A stretch of DNA of 54,004 nucleotides from positions 56,113,264 through 56,167,267 of the forward strand of contig NC_068992.1 of the NCBI RefSeq assembly GCF_001194135.2. The letters are read 5' to 3'. The stretch is from Octopus bimaculoides. Its lineage: Eukaryota. Shown here piece by piece: positions 21,340-34,211 of this stretch. Numbering within the stretch: position 1 is the first letter of the stretch; each line of letters starts with the position of its first letter. Below the pieces are notes generated by a model, which searched no databases, was not told the origin of the DNA, and saw nothing but the letters and a program-made list of their open reading frames with translations. The translations under genes were made by a program, and so were the position numbers.

Positions 21340-24300
21340 AAGCTATGTCGAGACGATCTCGAAGTTGTGTTTAAATTTAGAGATTGTCTGATGTTTTGTT
21401 AATCGTTATATAAACGTGGGGATTTTCCTATAGGAGCAGCAGCAATATTTAATATATTTCTGTCTGGAGAAAGTTTTTGCTCACATGATCATAGAATATC
21501 TTGGAAATGAAATAAAATTTATTGTCCATAGTCTTCAGTTCGATTTTAAGAGCTTAATTTATTTATGCTGTATATGGAGAGAAAATGTTTTAATGAAGCT
21601 TGCCTGGTGGTTTAAATATTTCTTTTCAGATACTCCCTTGTCAAACATTTTTTTTTATTTTGTCGAATGTTCAACGAATGTTTACATCAAGCTTGTAATT
21701 TTATCTCCATATACTTAGCTTACTTTTTAATATGTATCTTCGTACCTTTAAATTCATAAATTAAATCTCCATGCAATAATATATTCGTGTGTGTGTGTGT
21801 GTGTGGCTCGCGATTGTGCTTCTAGATTCTCCCATTGCATTCGATTTCAGATCTATCAAGTTTTGCTCTCCATCTCTCTAAATTTCAATTGGCATCTGTT
21901 AAATTTAAATTTCTTTTATTCGTTCACACACACACTGGGAGTGGGGGAAGTACTCAATACTGTTAGAATAACGTTCAAAACTGAGGATCGGAAACTAAAC
22001 TCCGAGTAGCGATTCCTTCAATCTCTGCTTTGAATACATGTATTCATTTCATGTTGTAGGCAATTCTTTTTTCTCAGTTTTGCCATTTTCATCTAATATG
22101 GTAATTCTTAGAACTTGATTTCTCCTTCATCCACCCGTCTATCGGTTTTCTTTCTCCCCCGCACTCTCAAGTCTGCTACTTCATCTTTTTTTTTTCATCC
22201 TGACATCGTTAATTTATTCTTTATCTCCTCATCACCCCCCTTCTCTGTACATCGTCTTATTTCCTCACTGTCTCTTTCTCCACCCTGATTTAGCTTCTCG
22301 AATTTCCTCTACATGTACTGCTGATAGGGTGGTAAGATTTGAGATGGTTAAGTAGAGAAAACAGCTTCTTCCCTGTTTTAGCTATCTCGTATAGTGTCAA
22401 ACTCTCCTTAACTTGCTTTCGTTTTATCTTCGAGGGGTACGTGGACATGACTTAAATACCCTCCATTACATTTCTGTAGACAGCTGGAATAGCTTGGTCT
22501 CATACTTTTGACCATAAAGAGATCAATATTTGCAGTTAATGCTCGAGAGATTCAAGCATTTGCATCTGCTTTTATTTCAATCGAAAGCTGGAACTGTCTA
22601 CTGCTTACTCTCTCTGCTTTTTCTCTATTTGTTGTGTGTGTCGCAGCCACTTTTTCTTTCTGCCTCCATGCACTTTTCATTTTTCTCTTTCCTGCATTCG
22701 TTCTCTCTCAATCTGCCTGTCTATCTACTCTATCCTACATTTGTCTTTGACTGTTTGTTCGTCTCCCTCTTCATTTAAACTGTCACCCTCTTTTTGCAGA
22801 CCCTTTGTGATATCCTCCTTTCACCATCCCTGTTTTTCTTTGTCACACACACACACACACACACACCTTATTAAATGCATATCCTATATTTTTCACATTT
22901 CCTTTCCTTTAACTTTGCACACCTGCCCCTTTGCTTTGTTTCATTTCCCCTTTCCCCTTACCCCTTCCCCTCTTTCACTTCACTGGATCAAAGACTTGTC
23001 CTTGCTTTTCCTTATTCATTTTCAGTTTCATTTCTCGACACTGAGACTTTTCAGAGAGCAGTCAAAGAAGTTATGGCACGATGCTTGGGCCGGTTGAATG
23101 AAACAAATCTAGGCCATGTACTTTTACAGGGCCCATTTGTTCAGACAGAACCTTATTGTTTGGGGCGAGGGGAAGGCAGGAGAATTAATGCCTCCTCTTG
23201 TCTGACTAGTTTGATGCTAAAAAATAAACTTATATATATAAAGACAATATTCTATTTATGCTAACATGGAAAGAAGCTTAGCAAGTTTTCTTTTGTTTTC
23301 TTTTTTTTTCTCTTTGTCTATGCCACATCTTCGAAAAGTATTGAAATATTAAAACCTGAAATGAAACCGTCTCGGTACTGATAATGTCCATGTTCATTGA
23401 ACATAACCCTTTTGTATTGAAGTGCTGATATTTATATATTGTTGGCTGTGAGGTTGTCTGACGGGGAATAAATAGCATCATTGATTCATATACATGAGCT
23501 AAAGATCTGTTAATTAGCTGATTATAATTAGTTATGGGGAGTTGGGGTTGAAGTTATGGTAGTTGTTTAGCCACAGGTCATCTCTGATCAAGTTGACCCA
23601 TGTCACAAATGTAGGTTCAACGACCAGGTGTCATCCAGATATTTGTTGCAGATCACTGGTGAACCATTTATAGATCAGTGTGTCAATTTTTGTTTCTTTA
23701 ATAATCCTGTTATTGATGTATCGTATATACATTTTCATTTTAGATAAGTGATATATAACCTATTCGAAATCTTTTTTTTCCTTCCAAAGTCCATTGTCAT
23801 CTAAAAACCTTCAGTGTGTCACTGACTCTTGTCACAGGTTTACTATTACTGCCCCTTGATACACCATATCTCTGCCAAGTTAAGGACTCCATCATGTAGT
23901 CAGCTTTTATGTGGTGTAGTGTCAGTCTGAGAATGTTCCAATTTTTTTTCCCATTTTTGTCTGTAGCTTGTGAGTTTTACTTTGATCAAATTAATTTTGA
24001 TGTTAGCTGGAGTAAGGGGGGAGAAGTCGAGGAGAAATAGGCTGTAGGGCTGCACATTGGAATTGTGTAATGCTTTATAAAAGTAAGTTCTAACTATGTC
24101 AGCTGCTGGGTTTCATACAGGATGTGCATTGTGATCTTGAGAAACATTGTGGCCAAGTGAACCGCCGCCCCCCCCCCACACACACACAAAAAAAGAACAA
24201 GTAAAATGAAAACTAAAGCAATCATATTGCCCAAAAACATCGATCAGTATATTTCAGTCATACAGTATTTTGGCTAGATCTGTTTTATTGTCATAGTGTA

Positions 24301-25320
24301 ATAGATTGGTGAGCTGGTATAGTGCATGACGGTAACAGATTTGAGATGAAGTAATGATATAGGGTCATTTAAAAAAAAACTGGACATTTGTGCAGAGGCA
24401 ATATTCCAGGTCTCCAGCCCTTGGTAAAATGAATTCAATGTGGTTTTTTTTTTACAATTCTTTTTTGATAATTTTTTTTCTGTATGCTATCTGAGGTGAA
24501 CAATCTACTTGTTAGCCTTATCTAATGCTTCTAAGGAACATTTTGCTTAGAGTGACTAATAAACTGTTTCATTAGTAATACTGACCTCTTGCATGTTCTT
24601 TATAATCTTTCTTCCAAGTAGTGTCCTTATAGTAATAAAACTTGCTAGATATTGCAACCAACAAGATTCACCCAAGTCGCACTCAACCATTTTAACTCCA
24701 TAATGTAAATTTACGTGCGCTGTTTACTCACTCTTCATCAGATGACAAATATACACAGCCCTATCTGCTGCGGTTTGTGTACCAGTTGATATAAATATCC
24801 GCTATCACTAATGGAATCGATATTAGAGGCCCCTGTGCAAATTTCAAGGAATCTGGTAGATTTGCTAGACTCCTGTAAATATTTCCTACTCAGTTTGAGA
24901 CTTCATTACCATAATTGTATAAAAGCGGCAGTTTTGGTGGTTACACCACTATGACTCCCTATCATATTTGTACACGTTCAACGAATTCTTCTGGTCCTTT
25001 ACAGAATTTATAGTTGCATCCAGCTATGCCAGTTTTGTTGAATATACAGTCTTTGCAGCGATGACAGTTTACATAAGTGAACAGTGCATGCTTTGAACTG
25101 TTGTGTGCTAATTGCTGATTTTGGCCAAGATGATTATCGTCAGTGCAACCCGGTTGCCTGATAAAGATCCGTTGTCATGGGGGTTAAAAGAAAAAAGAAA
25201 AAATGAAGGGCATTTTAGAATAAGTCCTAGAAACTCGTATAGACTGGTTGAATGGTCATTGCTTGAATGCTTTTGATCATAGATTTGCATGGCAGTAAAC
25301 AATAGCCTTCTTCCCTAATT

Positions 25321-25720
25321 GTAGAGGGAGCATGTGGAAGGTGTAGACCTAAGATGTAGGACAAAGTGGTGAGAAAGGGCCTACAGACTTTGGGACTAAC
25401 AGAGGGGATAACAGGGGACTGAGATTCCTGATAGTTTGCTGCGCTTGAAAAGACGCTTCAAGCTAAGTAAAAGCAAGCTTGGTTGCCCTTGCATACAGGC
25501 TCATTTCCTGCAACCCTCTCCAGCTGAGAATCCCTAATCTTGTGGGCTCATAGGTGCTGCATAGAAGAACCCATTACATTGTAAAGTGGTTGCTATTAGG
25601 AAGGGCAACCAGCCATAGAAACCATACCAAAACAGACATGGTACCTGAACAGCTGTTTAGCTAGTCAGCTCCTGTCCAACCCATGCCAGCATGGAAAATG
25701 AACGTTGAATGATGATGATG
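25321..25720 (+). mobile_element. 5'-truncated RTE-clade LINE (ORF end plus 3' UTR)
   Basis: The frame from 25321 reads VEGACGRCRPKM*DKVVRKGLQTLGLTEGITGD*DS**FAALEKTLQAK*, resembling the RTE GRGRPRKTW tail. It continues into the taggaaggg...catgccagcatggaaa...(gat)n tail. Confidence 0.7.
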
Positions 25721-26769
25721 CTTTAAGATGAAGTATTTTTCATCAGTATATTTGTAAATGAGTTCTACAAATGCTATAGCAATGTTGTCTTCCCAGGAGG
25801 CAATTGATAGGTCAGTAGTTAATGGTCTTTTATTCTAACTTGTATTTGGTTGTGTAGATTCTTACAAAAATTATTGTAGCAACTTCATGTAAATGAGGCA
25901 AAATATGAGAAAATTATGTGAAAATGTCCAACTGCAAGGAGTCAATATTCTTTTTGATACTGAGGACCTTTCACATCTTTCATTGAAGGCTGTTCTTGCA
26001 GATATTGAAGTTTGTTGCACTGTCTTGGTGTTGGATTTTTTCATTGTTCTCTTGTAATAAATATTGACTTTTATTTCAGTGTTAGTGCTTCAGTCTAGTG
26101 CTATCGAAACCAGTCTCGTGGTGAGGATCAAACTGATGGATAAATTTCACACCATATTATCTTTACATTCAAAACGAACCTAGACTCTTTCAGGGACAAT
26201 AAAACAAAAAAAAGCCAGAAGTAAAAATAATCTTTTGAAAAAACTCCAACCTAACAAAGACATTAATTTCACAGATAAAACAAATTCATCAAAATATTTT
26301 GTTCAGGAGAGGCGTAGGGTAAATCTTGATCTACCCCAACTTTTTTGTTTCGGCAAACAAAAGATTTATTTTAGAAACTTTTTTTTCTAAAGTGTTATTA
26401 GTCAGTATGACGAATGCCAGTCATTTAATTGTTGAATTAGTCTGAATAATGTAAATTATGAAATTGTTTGTAGTGGTTATTAATTACATAATTGCTTGCT
26501 GCATGAGACTGATAGATTGGTAGCATTCATTAACTGTTGGTTTGTATAGTTACTTATGCTACATATACGGCAGCCTGATATTGTAATTAACACTATTTGG
26601 TGTATATAGTCCCTTATTAATTTACTAGACTTAAAAAATATTAAACTCATTGACAATTTGTAGTTGCATTCTTAAACTCTTACCTACTTCCCCACTGTTC
26701 TGATAATCAGTACTGGTGAGAAATTAATCATCTTAAGCCAACTTAGCCGAATTGATTCCAGTGGCTACC

Positions 26770-26880
26770 ATGGCAGCACTTGATCCAGCTCTCCTGCAGA
26801 CAATAAAAACTGTTGTTTCGGAAGAAGTTAACCGTGCAGTCGAACCTCTGAGACAAGAGCTAAATCGTCTGCGAAGCAAG
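26770..26880 (+). CDS. Candidate upstream coding exon: 37-aa amphipathic helix MAALDPALLQTIKTVVSEEVNRAVEPLRQELNRLRSK, in frame with GAPDH if spliced to 36634
   Basis: Kozak gctaccATGG, phase-0 donor AAG|gtaaaa, locally higher GC and retained CpGs. The acceptor-proximal 12 nt TCTGTAAACAAA at 36634-36645 are open and in frame with the GAPDH ATG. Confidence 0.55.
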
Positions 26881-27395
26881 GTAAAAACTACATTTGATGT
26901 AGATCAAAACATTATCTGTATAAAGTGAGTACACGTAAATATACATATATATAGGTAGTAACTTGTCTTTTAAGACTTGTTTGATTATTGTTAATTATGA
27001 GTTATATAAATTAGCCTTACATTTGTTTTGTCTGTGAGTGAGGCATGCTGTTCTTTTGCCTTTGTCTATTTGACTGGCAAAAGATTCCACATTCACCACA
27101 AGCTTCAACCAATTCATGATTGGAAAGGCATACATGCAGCCAAACACTGTTGTAAAATAAGCCAAGGTTCGTGTGAAGTACATGGAAGATTTTGGCAAAT
27201 GCCACATGCTTACTCCTTGTCTTCACATGTTTTTAAAAATTTGTGTTCTGAAGAGGTGACTGACAGTTCTGTTGCAATGGATGCTCTATTTTTATCTAGT
27301 TTGATACTGCACTATTCCGAGTTCAAATTGCACCAGTGGTGACTCCTTTTTCTGTGATTGAAAACCTATCATTCATTATCTAATTTAACTCAAAT

Positions 27396-27475
27396 GACTC
27401 TTCTTTCACTGCCTCCTACAGGATTTGGCTCCATAGACTCTTCTTTCACTGCCTCCTACAGGATTTGGCTCCATA
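27396..27475. repeat. Perfect 40-bp tandem duplication
   Basis: gactcttctttcactgcctcctacaggatttggctccata occurs twice. Confidence 0.95.
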
Positions 27476-29789
27476 TCTATTTAAATAAGCATATTGAGTA
27501 ATTATCATGTCCTTTTAAAATCTTGGCACATTTTTGTTTTGATGCAATCTTGTAAATTCCTTATTTCTCAAAATGTCTCTCCAAGAAGAATCTTATCGAG
27601 AGTAACTTGCCTGTAACTGTTCGTCACAGAAAGGAGATGTCACATTGTTCCCTTTCCCCATTTCACTTTGGTGTTTCTGGTTAAATCGAATCCATTGCAG
27701 TGTCACAGCACAAGTGTTCTCATTGTGGCTCTTATTGAATTTTCTGTAAATAGTGTTCATGTTATTTTTCAATCCTTCAATTGAATTAAAAGTAATAAAA
27801 GAAAAAAATAACCCAGCATATTGCTTTTGAATTAACCAAAATTTTAATGTGGATGGTATTAGATTTAAGTATCAATTTGAAACAAAAGAGCAACAGTCCT
27901 CACCTGAAAGAGCAGTTTAGTTCACATACTTGCTATAAAAGAATTATTCTCTCAAGTAATTGAAAATAAAGTATCAGCGATATCTAGAATATAGAAGGTT
28001 AATCTTATTTTGCTGGTCTTTTTACCAGGCGAGTGTTTTGAGCTGAAACTGTTGAAACTAAAATGATTTACAGTATGGGAGAAACACGATAGATGCTTAA
28101 AAACTAACAGTATTAATTTCACTGAAACATTTGTTATGTGTTGTTACCAGGTCATTGTTCAAGCAACACAAATTTTGACATGACAAATGTTTGTGAAATT
28201 AAGTCTTTATTTTTGAATAGCTAATAGGTCTTCTGTGCTATAATAATTATTAGTCTCTTGATTTTGTCAAGAAAATAGATTTGTTTTTGAAATTTTGTAA
28301 ATTGCAAGCAATAGCATAACCGGTTGCAGGTTTCCAATTGATCACTGGTGCATTATTCTTCAACAGCAAGTGACATCAAAATGTCTTTGTAACTCAGGAT
28401 AGAATAAATGCCACAAGGTATTTATTTTGCATGTCCCATGTTAATCCGTTTTCTTGTCAATGTATATATTCCACTGGTATGCAACAGACTTCCACACTAT
28501 TCCTACAAACCAAATTCCACTGGTAGGAATTGGTTAAGCTGAAGCTATAAGAAAAGACACTTATCCAACCTGAGGTGCCGCATAGTAGGACTGAACCCAG
28601 AAATATCATTTGCAAAGTAAAGGTTTTGTGGAGAAGAAAATTGCTCTTTACATATAATCATCACTTTGTCTATTGATTGGGACCAGTTGTTCCAACTGGG
28701 AGAACTGACAGTTATTTACAATTATTGAATACTAAATGGATATGTTATTGCATAAACCTTGTTTTCAAGTCAGAATAGAAGAAAATAAAAGGAAACTTGT
28801 TTTCTGTATGTTTTTAAAATGGTTATTGGTTTCAGTGATTCACATAGGCATTAAGCTAACGTTCTTACATCATCCAGTTGTAAATTATAAATTAATATTA
28901 AATAGTATGTATGGAGTGTTCTGAAGAAATCGGGATTTTAGTGTTGAACCAAATCGCACTATGATGCCATTGCTATCAAAAGTTATCTCCCTTCCCTCAG
29001 TTTTCCAATCTGATGGCTGCTAAATGTATTACGGCTGTGTTGTCAACACATTGTATCATGGCTTAAAAGATGCACGAGCATATTAGAATGCAACTATTAT
29101 TTCAGCAGTGCATGTTTAGGTGGAGAGCAGGGAAAGGGTTTAATGCATCAAAGCCTATAAAGTAGGCGTCTCAATTTCTGACCTCATACCTAAATCAGAA
29201 ATCACAATTTGTATCAAGTGCAATTTGATGCATTGATAAATGTAGGTCACCTACTTAAACATTTTCAGAACATGTATTTAATTGCTTGGGTGATACATGC
29301 TAGTAATTAAACACATTTTAACAGGGAGTTTAGTAACTGAATGAGTACTCAATACTAGGTATAGAGTACATTTAAGTAAATTTTGGTTGAGCTCTTGTTG
29401 CCAGTCTTAGATCTCCTTAAGTAGAGCTGATCTACTGACATTCTTTGTCAGCTGGATCTCTGGCTGTGAGCCAGGATACAGGTACATATATAGATATAGC
29501 TATTTGGCTTTGACAAGGAATGCTTCTTATGTTCAGTCATTGCAACTACCTACTCAGTGTGAATGTCGAGTGTAGGACTGACAACTCCACACTAATTACA
29601 GGTATGGTTCATCTGGTGGTGGTCTGTCATACAGTGTCTCCCCACTTTCACTTGCAAGGTTTTTGTTGAATTGGGAACGTGGCAGAAAACTCTTGCAGCC
29701 TGGATTGATCTTAGAATCGCGTACACACACACACACACACACACAAAAGAAAAACTTAATTAGTGTTCCATGTATACTGTATCTTCTCT

Positions 29790-29961
29790 CTCTGCTTGTG
29801 TCATGGGACTGCAGCCATGCTGATGCACCACTTGGAAGGGTTTAGTGTAATAAATCAACCCCAGTACTTTTTTAAATGTCTGGTACTTATTCTATCAGAC
29901 TCACGTGAATTACTAAGTGATAAGGACATAAGCAAAACAATACTGATTGTGAAGTGATGGT

Positions 29962-30024
<63 letters not shown>

Positions 30025-30160
30025 CTTTCAGTTTCTGTCTTCCAAATCTACTCAAGTTTTTGGTTGGCTCAGGGCTATAGGAGAAGATGCTTGCTCAAGG
30101 TATCATGCAGTGGCACAGTCACCTAGTGGTTGGGTAACAAACTTACCACACGGCCATACC
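29790..30160 (-). mobile_element. tRNA-derived SINE, second family, with internal (CA)n
   Basis: Blocks match 3262-3596. Confidence 0.7.
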
Positions 30161-32419
30161 TGCTCCTTTATATACTTGCAATACAATAGATTGGATTTTC
30201 TCCTAAACATGAAAATTTAATTATCTTTTTTATGTTGCTAACAGTTGTTTTCCTTCTCCAACTAAGAAGTAGATTTCAGTTGAGGATCCTTTGCATGTCA
30301 TATCCACTACCACACAAATTTGTGTGTGTATTTTCTAGAATATAAATCGGATGTCTTCGAAAATATTTTAATGTTAAAAGGTATGGTTGAAGGAACCCAT
30401 GTATTACATTTACATTGTCCATTCTGATGTGATTTGAAATCAAAACCAGTTTTTAAAACTAATCATTTTCCATTGTTTTGAATGAGAGCAGATTAGCTGC
30501 AGATAAAGATATATGCTACTGAGGAACTTTTTAATGATTCTCAAAGGTAGAAGATTAGCTCAATCCAAATAGGCTGGATGGTCAATAACTAAAATTTAGT
30601 ATTAGTTAGATGTAATTATAGACCTGTATCAACATCGTTGAACATCCATTTGAGATGGTAAACTCCAATGGATCCACTAATAGAGCTAAATCTGTCAGTA
30701 TTATCAATTATGTAGAAAACCTGATATGACTTCAGATTAACTACAATAGTTTTTCCTATTTTGACTTAATTTTAAAGTAACTTGTTGAGTCACATAAGAT
30801 AGGCCATGGCTAAAAATACATGTGAGGTTATTGCTCTCTTTTGTTTTAAATTGTTGTTTGTAAGGTCCGGTGCCATTTACACTAAAATACAGGCAGTTAA
30901 GTGTGTTTCAAGTGTATTTTTTAATGTATGGAATGTCTCATAGTTTGTTACTTATCACAATTGCACTGTTCATGTTAAGTGACCTTATTTTTTGCTAAGG
31001 TATCTGGACAAAAACCAGCCAGTGAAATTGTACCTGTGGTAGGTATCTGCAATGAATTGCCGAGTTTCTAGATGGAATAAAAACTGCATGCTGGTTTGAA
31101 ATGTCTGAGTTAAATGTAGCAACAAGCTTTTATAATACATAACACCTGTAGTTGTGGGAAGCACTTCTATGGTGTACTTGGGATCTTGTGGCTGACAAGC
31201 TTTAAGTGCGATCACATTTCTAGCTTATTTGACTTTCTGGTCTAATTTTTAAATCAAATCTTAATTTAGGTAGGTTTCCCTTTCATAAACAATATTCAAG
31301 GATGGAGCACAATTCCTGCATTGTGTCTAGTCCTATGAATTGGCTCTTTCATAATGCTATCACTTTCTTCATTGTTGCTCTTCTCTTAATTTTCTGTGTT
31401 TCCCTTCTAAGGGACGGGCTGTTATTGTAAGTATGGAGGTACTTTTCCTTAAACAACTGAATTATGAAATCTTTTTAGCAATTTTTTTTTTACTCCATTC
31501 CACCCTCATAAACCAAACTCCAAATTGTTTAGTTCTGTGATGTCCATGTTATGTCTACCTTGTTTTTAAAATTTATATTTATCAATCTTGAATCAGCCTG
31601 TTAAACTGATCAGACTTCTGATGCTGACTTTACATTTAGTATAATAAACTTTGTATAAAAAAAAAATTTGAGGGTAGATGTTATCAGAATGGGTAGAATG
31701 TTAGACAAAATGCCATGCAATTTGGTTATCAAATTCTGAGTTTGATTCCTATCCAGTTTGACTGTATTGATGATGTCAGTGCCCTGACAAGACCAGTAAT
31801 TAGAACGAATAAGAGAAAATGAGTTGAAAAATGGAGAAAGCAGCAATGGTCTGCTCATAAGTTAATGCCCCTACCCTTGGGAATCATAGGAACATTTTTT
31901 TAGTACTTTTAGATCTATTTGATAATTGTAATTTTTTTATGTAACATTATGATGCTTTATTAATGCTATATTTTAATGTTTCTCTAATGGCCATTCTAAC
32001 GTAATTGTTTCCCTTGGAGAGAAAACCTACTCAACATAACACCTATATCTCTCTCTTTGTCTTAATGATTTTTTTGTTACTGGAAGGTAAAAAAAAAAAA
32101 AGATCCTTAACTGGATTGCATCTGAACAGGAACCATTAAAACGTTGAACACTGTAAAATTAAAATGGTCAAATTTCTATGTATATAAGACCCAATCTCAT
32201 AAGCATTCTAACATATAGACCAATGATACACACGGAAGGGCTTAAACACAAACAGAAGTGAACGGTCTTAATTGAAGAAACCTTTATGGTCAAAGTTTAA
32301 GATTATTGTACATCTGAGAGCTAGAGAAACTACTTAGTGCACTTGCAGTGTCTTTCTGTATCTTGTTTTCAGGATGTTCTAGATAGTGTTACCATTTCAA
32401 GAATATCCTCTCCTTAGTG

Positions 32420-32453
<34 letters not shown>

Positions 32454-33462
32454 GCACACGCACACGCACACGCGCACGCACACGCGCACGCGCACGCGCA
32501 CACACGCACACTGATATTGGGGGTTGTGTTATATACCTTGACCTGAGCATAGAACAGGGCTCACCTCTTTGAGCTGGGAAATGAATGGAATGCTTGGTGT
32601 GTCTTGTGGCTACTCCCCTCCTAAAAAATAAATGGGGAATAGGCTTGGGAATATAAATATATATCTATTGTATGTGTGTGTGTGTATATATAGACAAAAT
32701 TAGGCATGTAAGCTTAGGTCATAGGATGAATTTTTATTCCTCATTCTTTTGAACATATACAGCATTTTCTTAAAAATTATTCATTGCAGTTGTACTTAGG
32801 CTTATCTAAGTTTAATAATTTCCAAAATACATTTGCATAAATTTATTTTGGGTTGGATTACTTTAATATGTTGAACCATCTGGGGTAATTTGGGGAGCAA
32901 CAGTTCTTGGTGAATCAACATTCCCTGAAGATTGGTCAAATTGAGCTTCATGAATATTTACCAAAATAATTAAAATCCCCTGAGAAAATGTGCGCATATT
33001 TTTTTTCTCCTAAACACTTTCCTCCTCAAAATCAGGATAACTGTGTCCTGTTTGAGAAACGAGCCACAGGAGATGGGGTAGCCGATGCAGCAAGCGTTGC
33101 TGGTCATTCTCTGTGGTGAAGCCTTTGCAATCCTGTTCATGAGGTGCGATCAAACACCCCATTTGATCTCGTGTGTACAATGCATTACTCTCTCCCCTCA
33201 TCTTCTACTTAATCCCCCACTTTTTCGTTATTTCCTTGCTGAGGTAAAATTTTTTTTTTTCCTCGGTAATTTGATCTATACTTTTAAAGGTTTTATTTTT
33301 CTTTCTTTAAAAAAATGTTAAAGCCATATATATACCGAAAAAAAAAAAATTTACTTGATTATTTTAAAATTATTCTCGTGTTTATTGTTACTTGAGAGCT
33401 TGTTCTGTTAGGTGCCAACAAGAAACTTCAGAAACAGCAACAATATTCTGTGTCTCTTAAAA

Positions 33463-34040
33463 NNNNNNNNNNNNNNNNNNNNNNNNNNNNNNNNNNNNNN
33501 NNNNNNNNNNNNNNNNNNNNNNNNNNNNNNNNNNNNNNNNNNNNNNNNNNNNNNNNNNNNNNNNNNNNNNNNNNNNNNNNNNNNNNNNNNNNNNNNNNNN
33601 NNNNNNNNNNNNNNNNNNNNNNNNNNNNNNNNNNNNNNNNNNNNNNNNNNNNNNNNNNNNNNNNNNNNNNNNNNNNNNNNNNNNNNNNNNNNNNNNNNNN
33701 NNNNNNNNNNNNNNNNNNNNNNNNNNNNNNNNNNNNNNNNNNNNNNNNNNNNNNNNNNNNNNNNNNNNNNNNNNNNNNNNNNNNNNNNNNNNNNNNNNNN
33801 NNNNNNNNNNNNNNNNNNNNNNNNNNNNNNNNNNNNNNNNNNNNNNNNNNNNNNNNNNNNNNNNNNNNNNNNNNNNNNNNNNNNNNNNNNNNNNNNNNNN
33901 NNNNNNNNNNNNNNNNNNNNNNNNNNNNNNNNNNNNNNNNNNNNNNNNNNNNNNNNNNNNNNNNNNNNNNNNNNNNNNNNNNNNNNNNNNNNNNNNNNNN
34001 NNNNNNNNNNNNNNNNNNNNNNNNNNNNNNNNNNNNNNNN
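33463..34040. other. Assembly gap between the candidate upstream exon and the GAPDH ATG exon (other gaps: 5831-5840, 7167-7469, 8361-8370, 9828-10083, 34929-34938, 49729-49913, 51073-51932)
   Basis: Runs of N. Confidence 0.99.
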
Positions 34041-34177
34041 ATATTCAATAAGACATTCAATACTTCATTTCATTGTACCATCCATTTTTATATTATATAT
34101 TCCATATTCTATATCCCACATTAATTTTACAAGAATATAAATAAAACATAAAAAACAGAGTAGGAATTCTTTTAAAT

Positions 34178-34211
<34 letters not shown>

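Noticed and set aside
22508-23264. Overlapping 80-153 aa ORFs rich in Phe, Leu and Ser
   Set aside because: Stop-poor pyrimidine tract; no recognisable domain or splice donor.
24600-25180. Minus-strand Cys-rich coding-like stretch (HALFTYVNCHRCKDCIFNKTGIAGCNYKFCKG)
   Set aside because: Interrupted by stops, no splice context, and I cannot assign a family; probably a transposon fossil. A translated profile search would decide.
26995-27400. Minus-strand ORFs of about 70 aa, possibly a transposase remnant
   Set aside because: Several frames give vaguely protein-like text but none has a motif I can name.
30330-30740. Possible minus-strand LINE 3' remnant
   Set aside because: Similarity is limited to a few short peptides; too weak to call.
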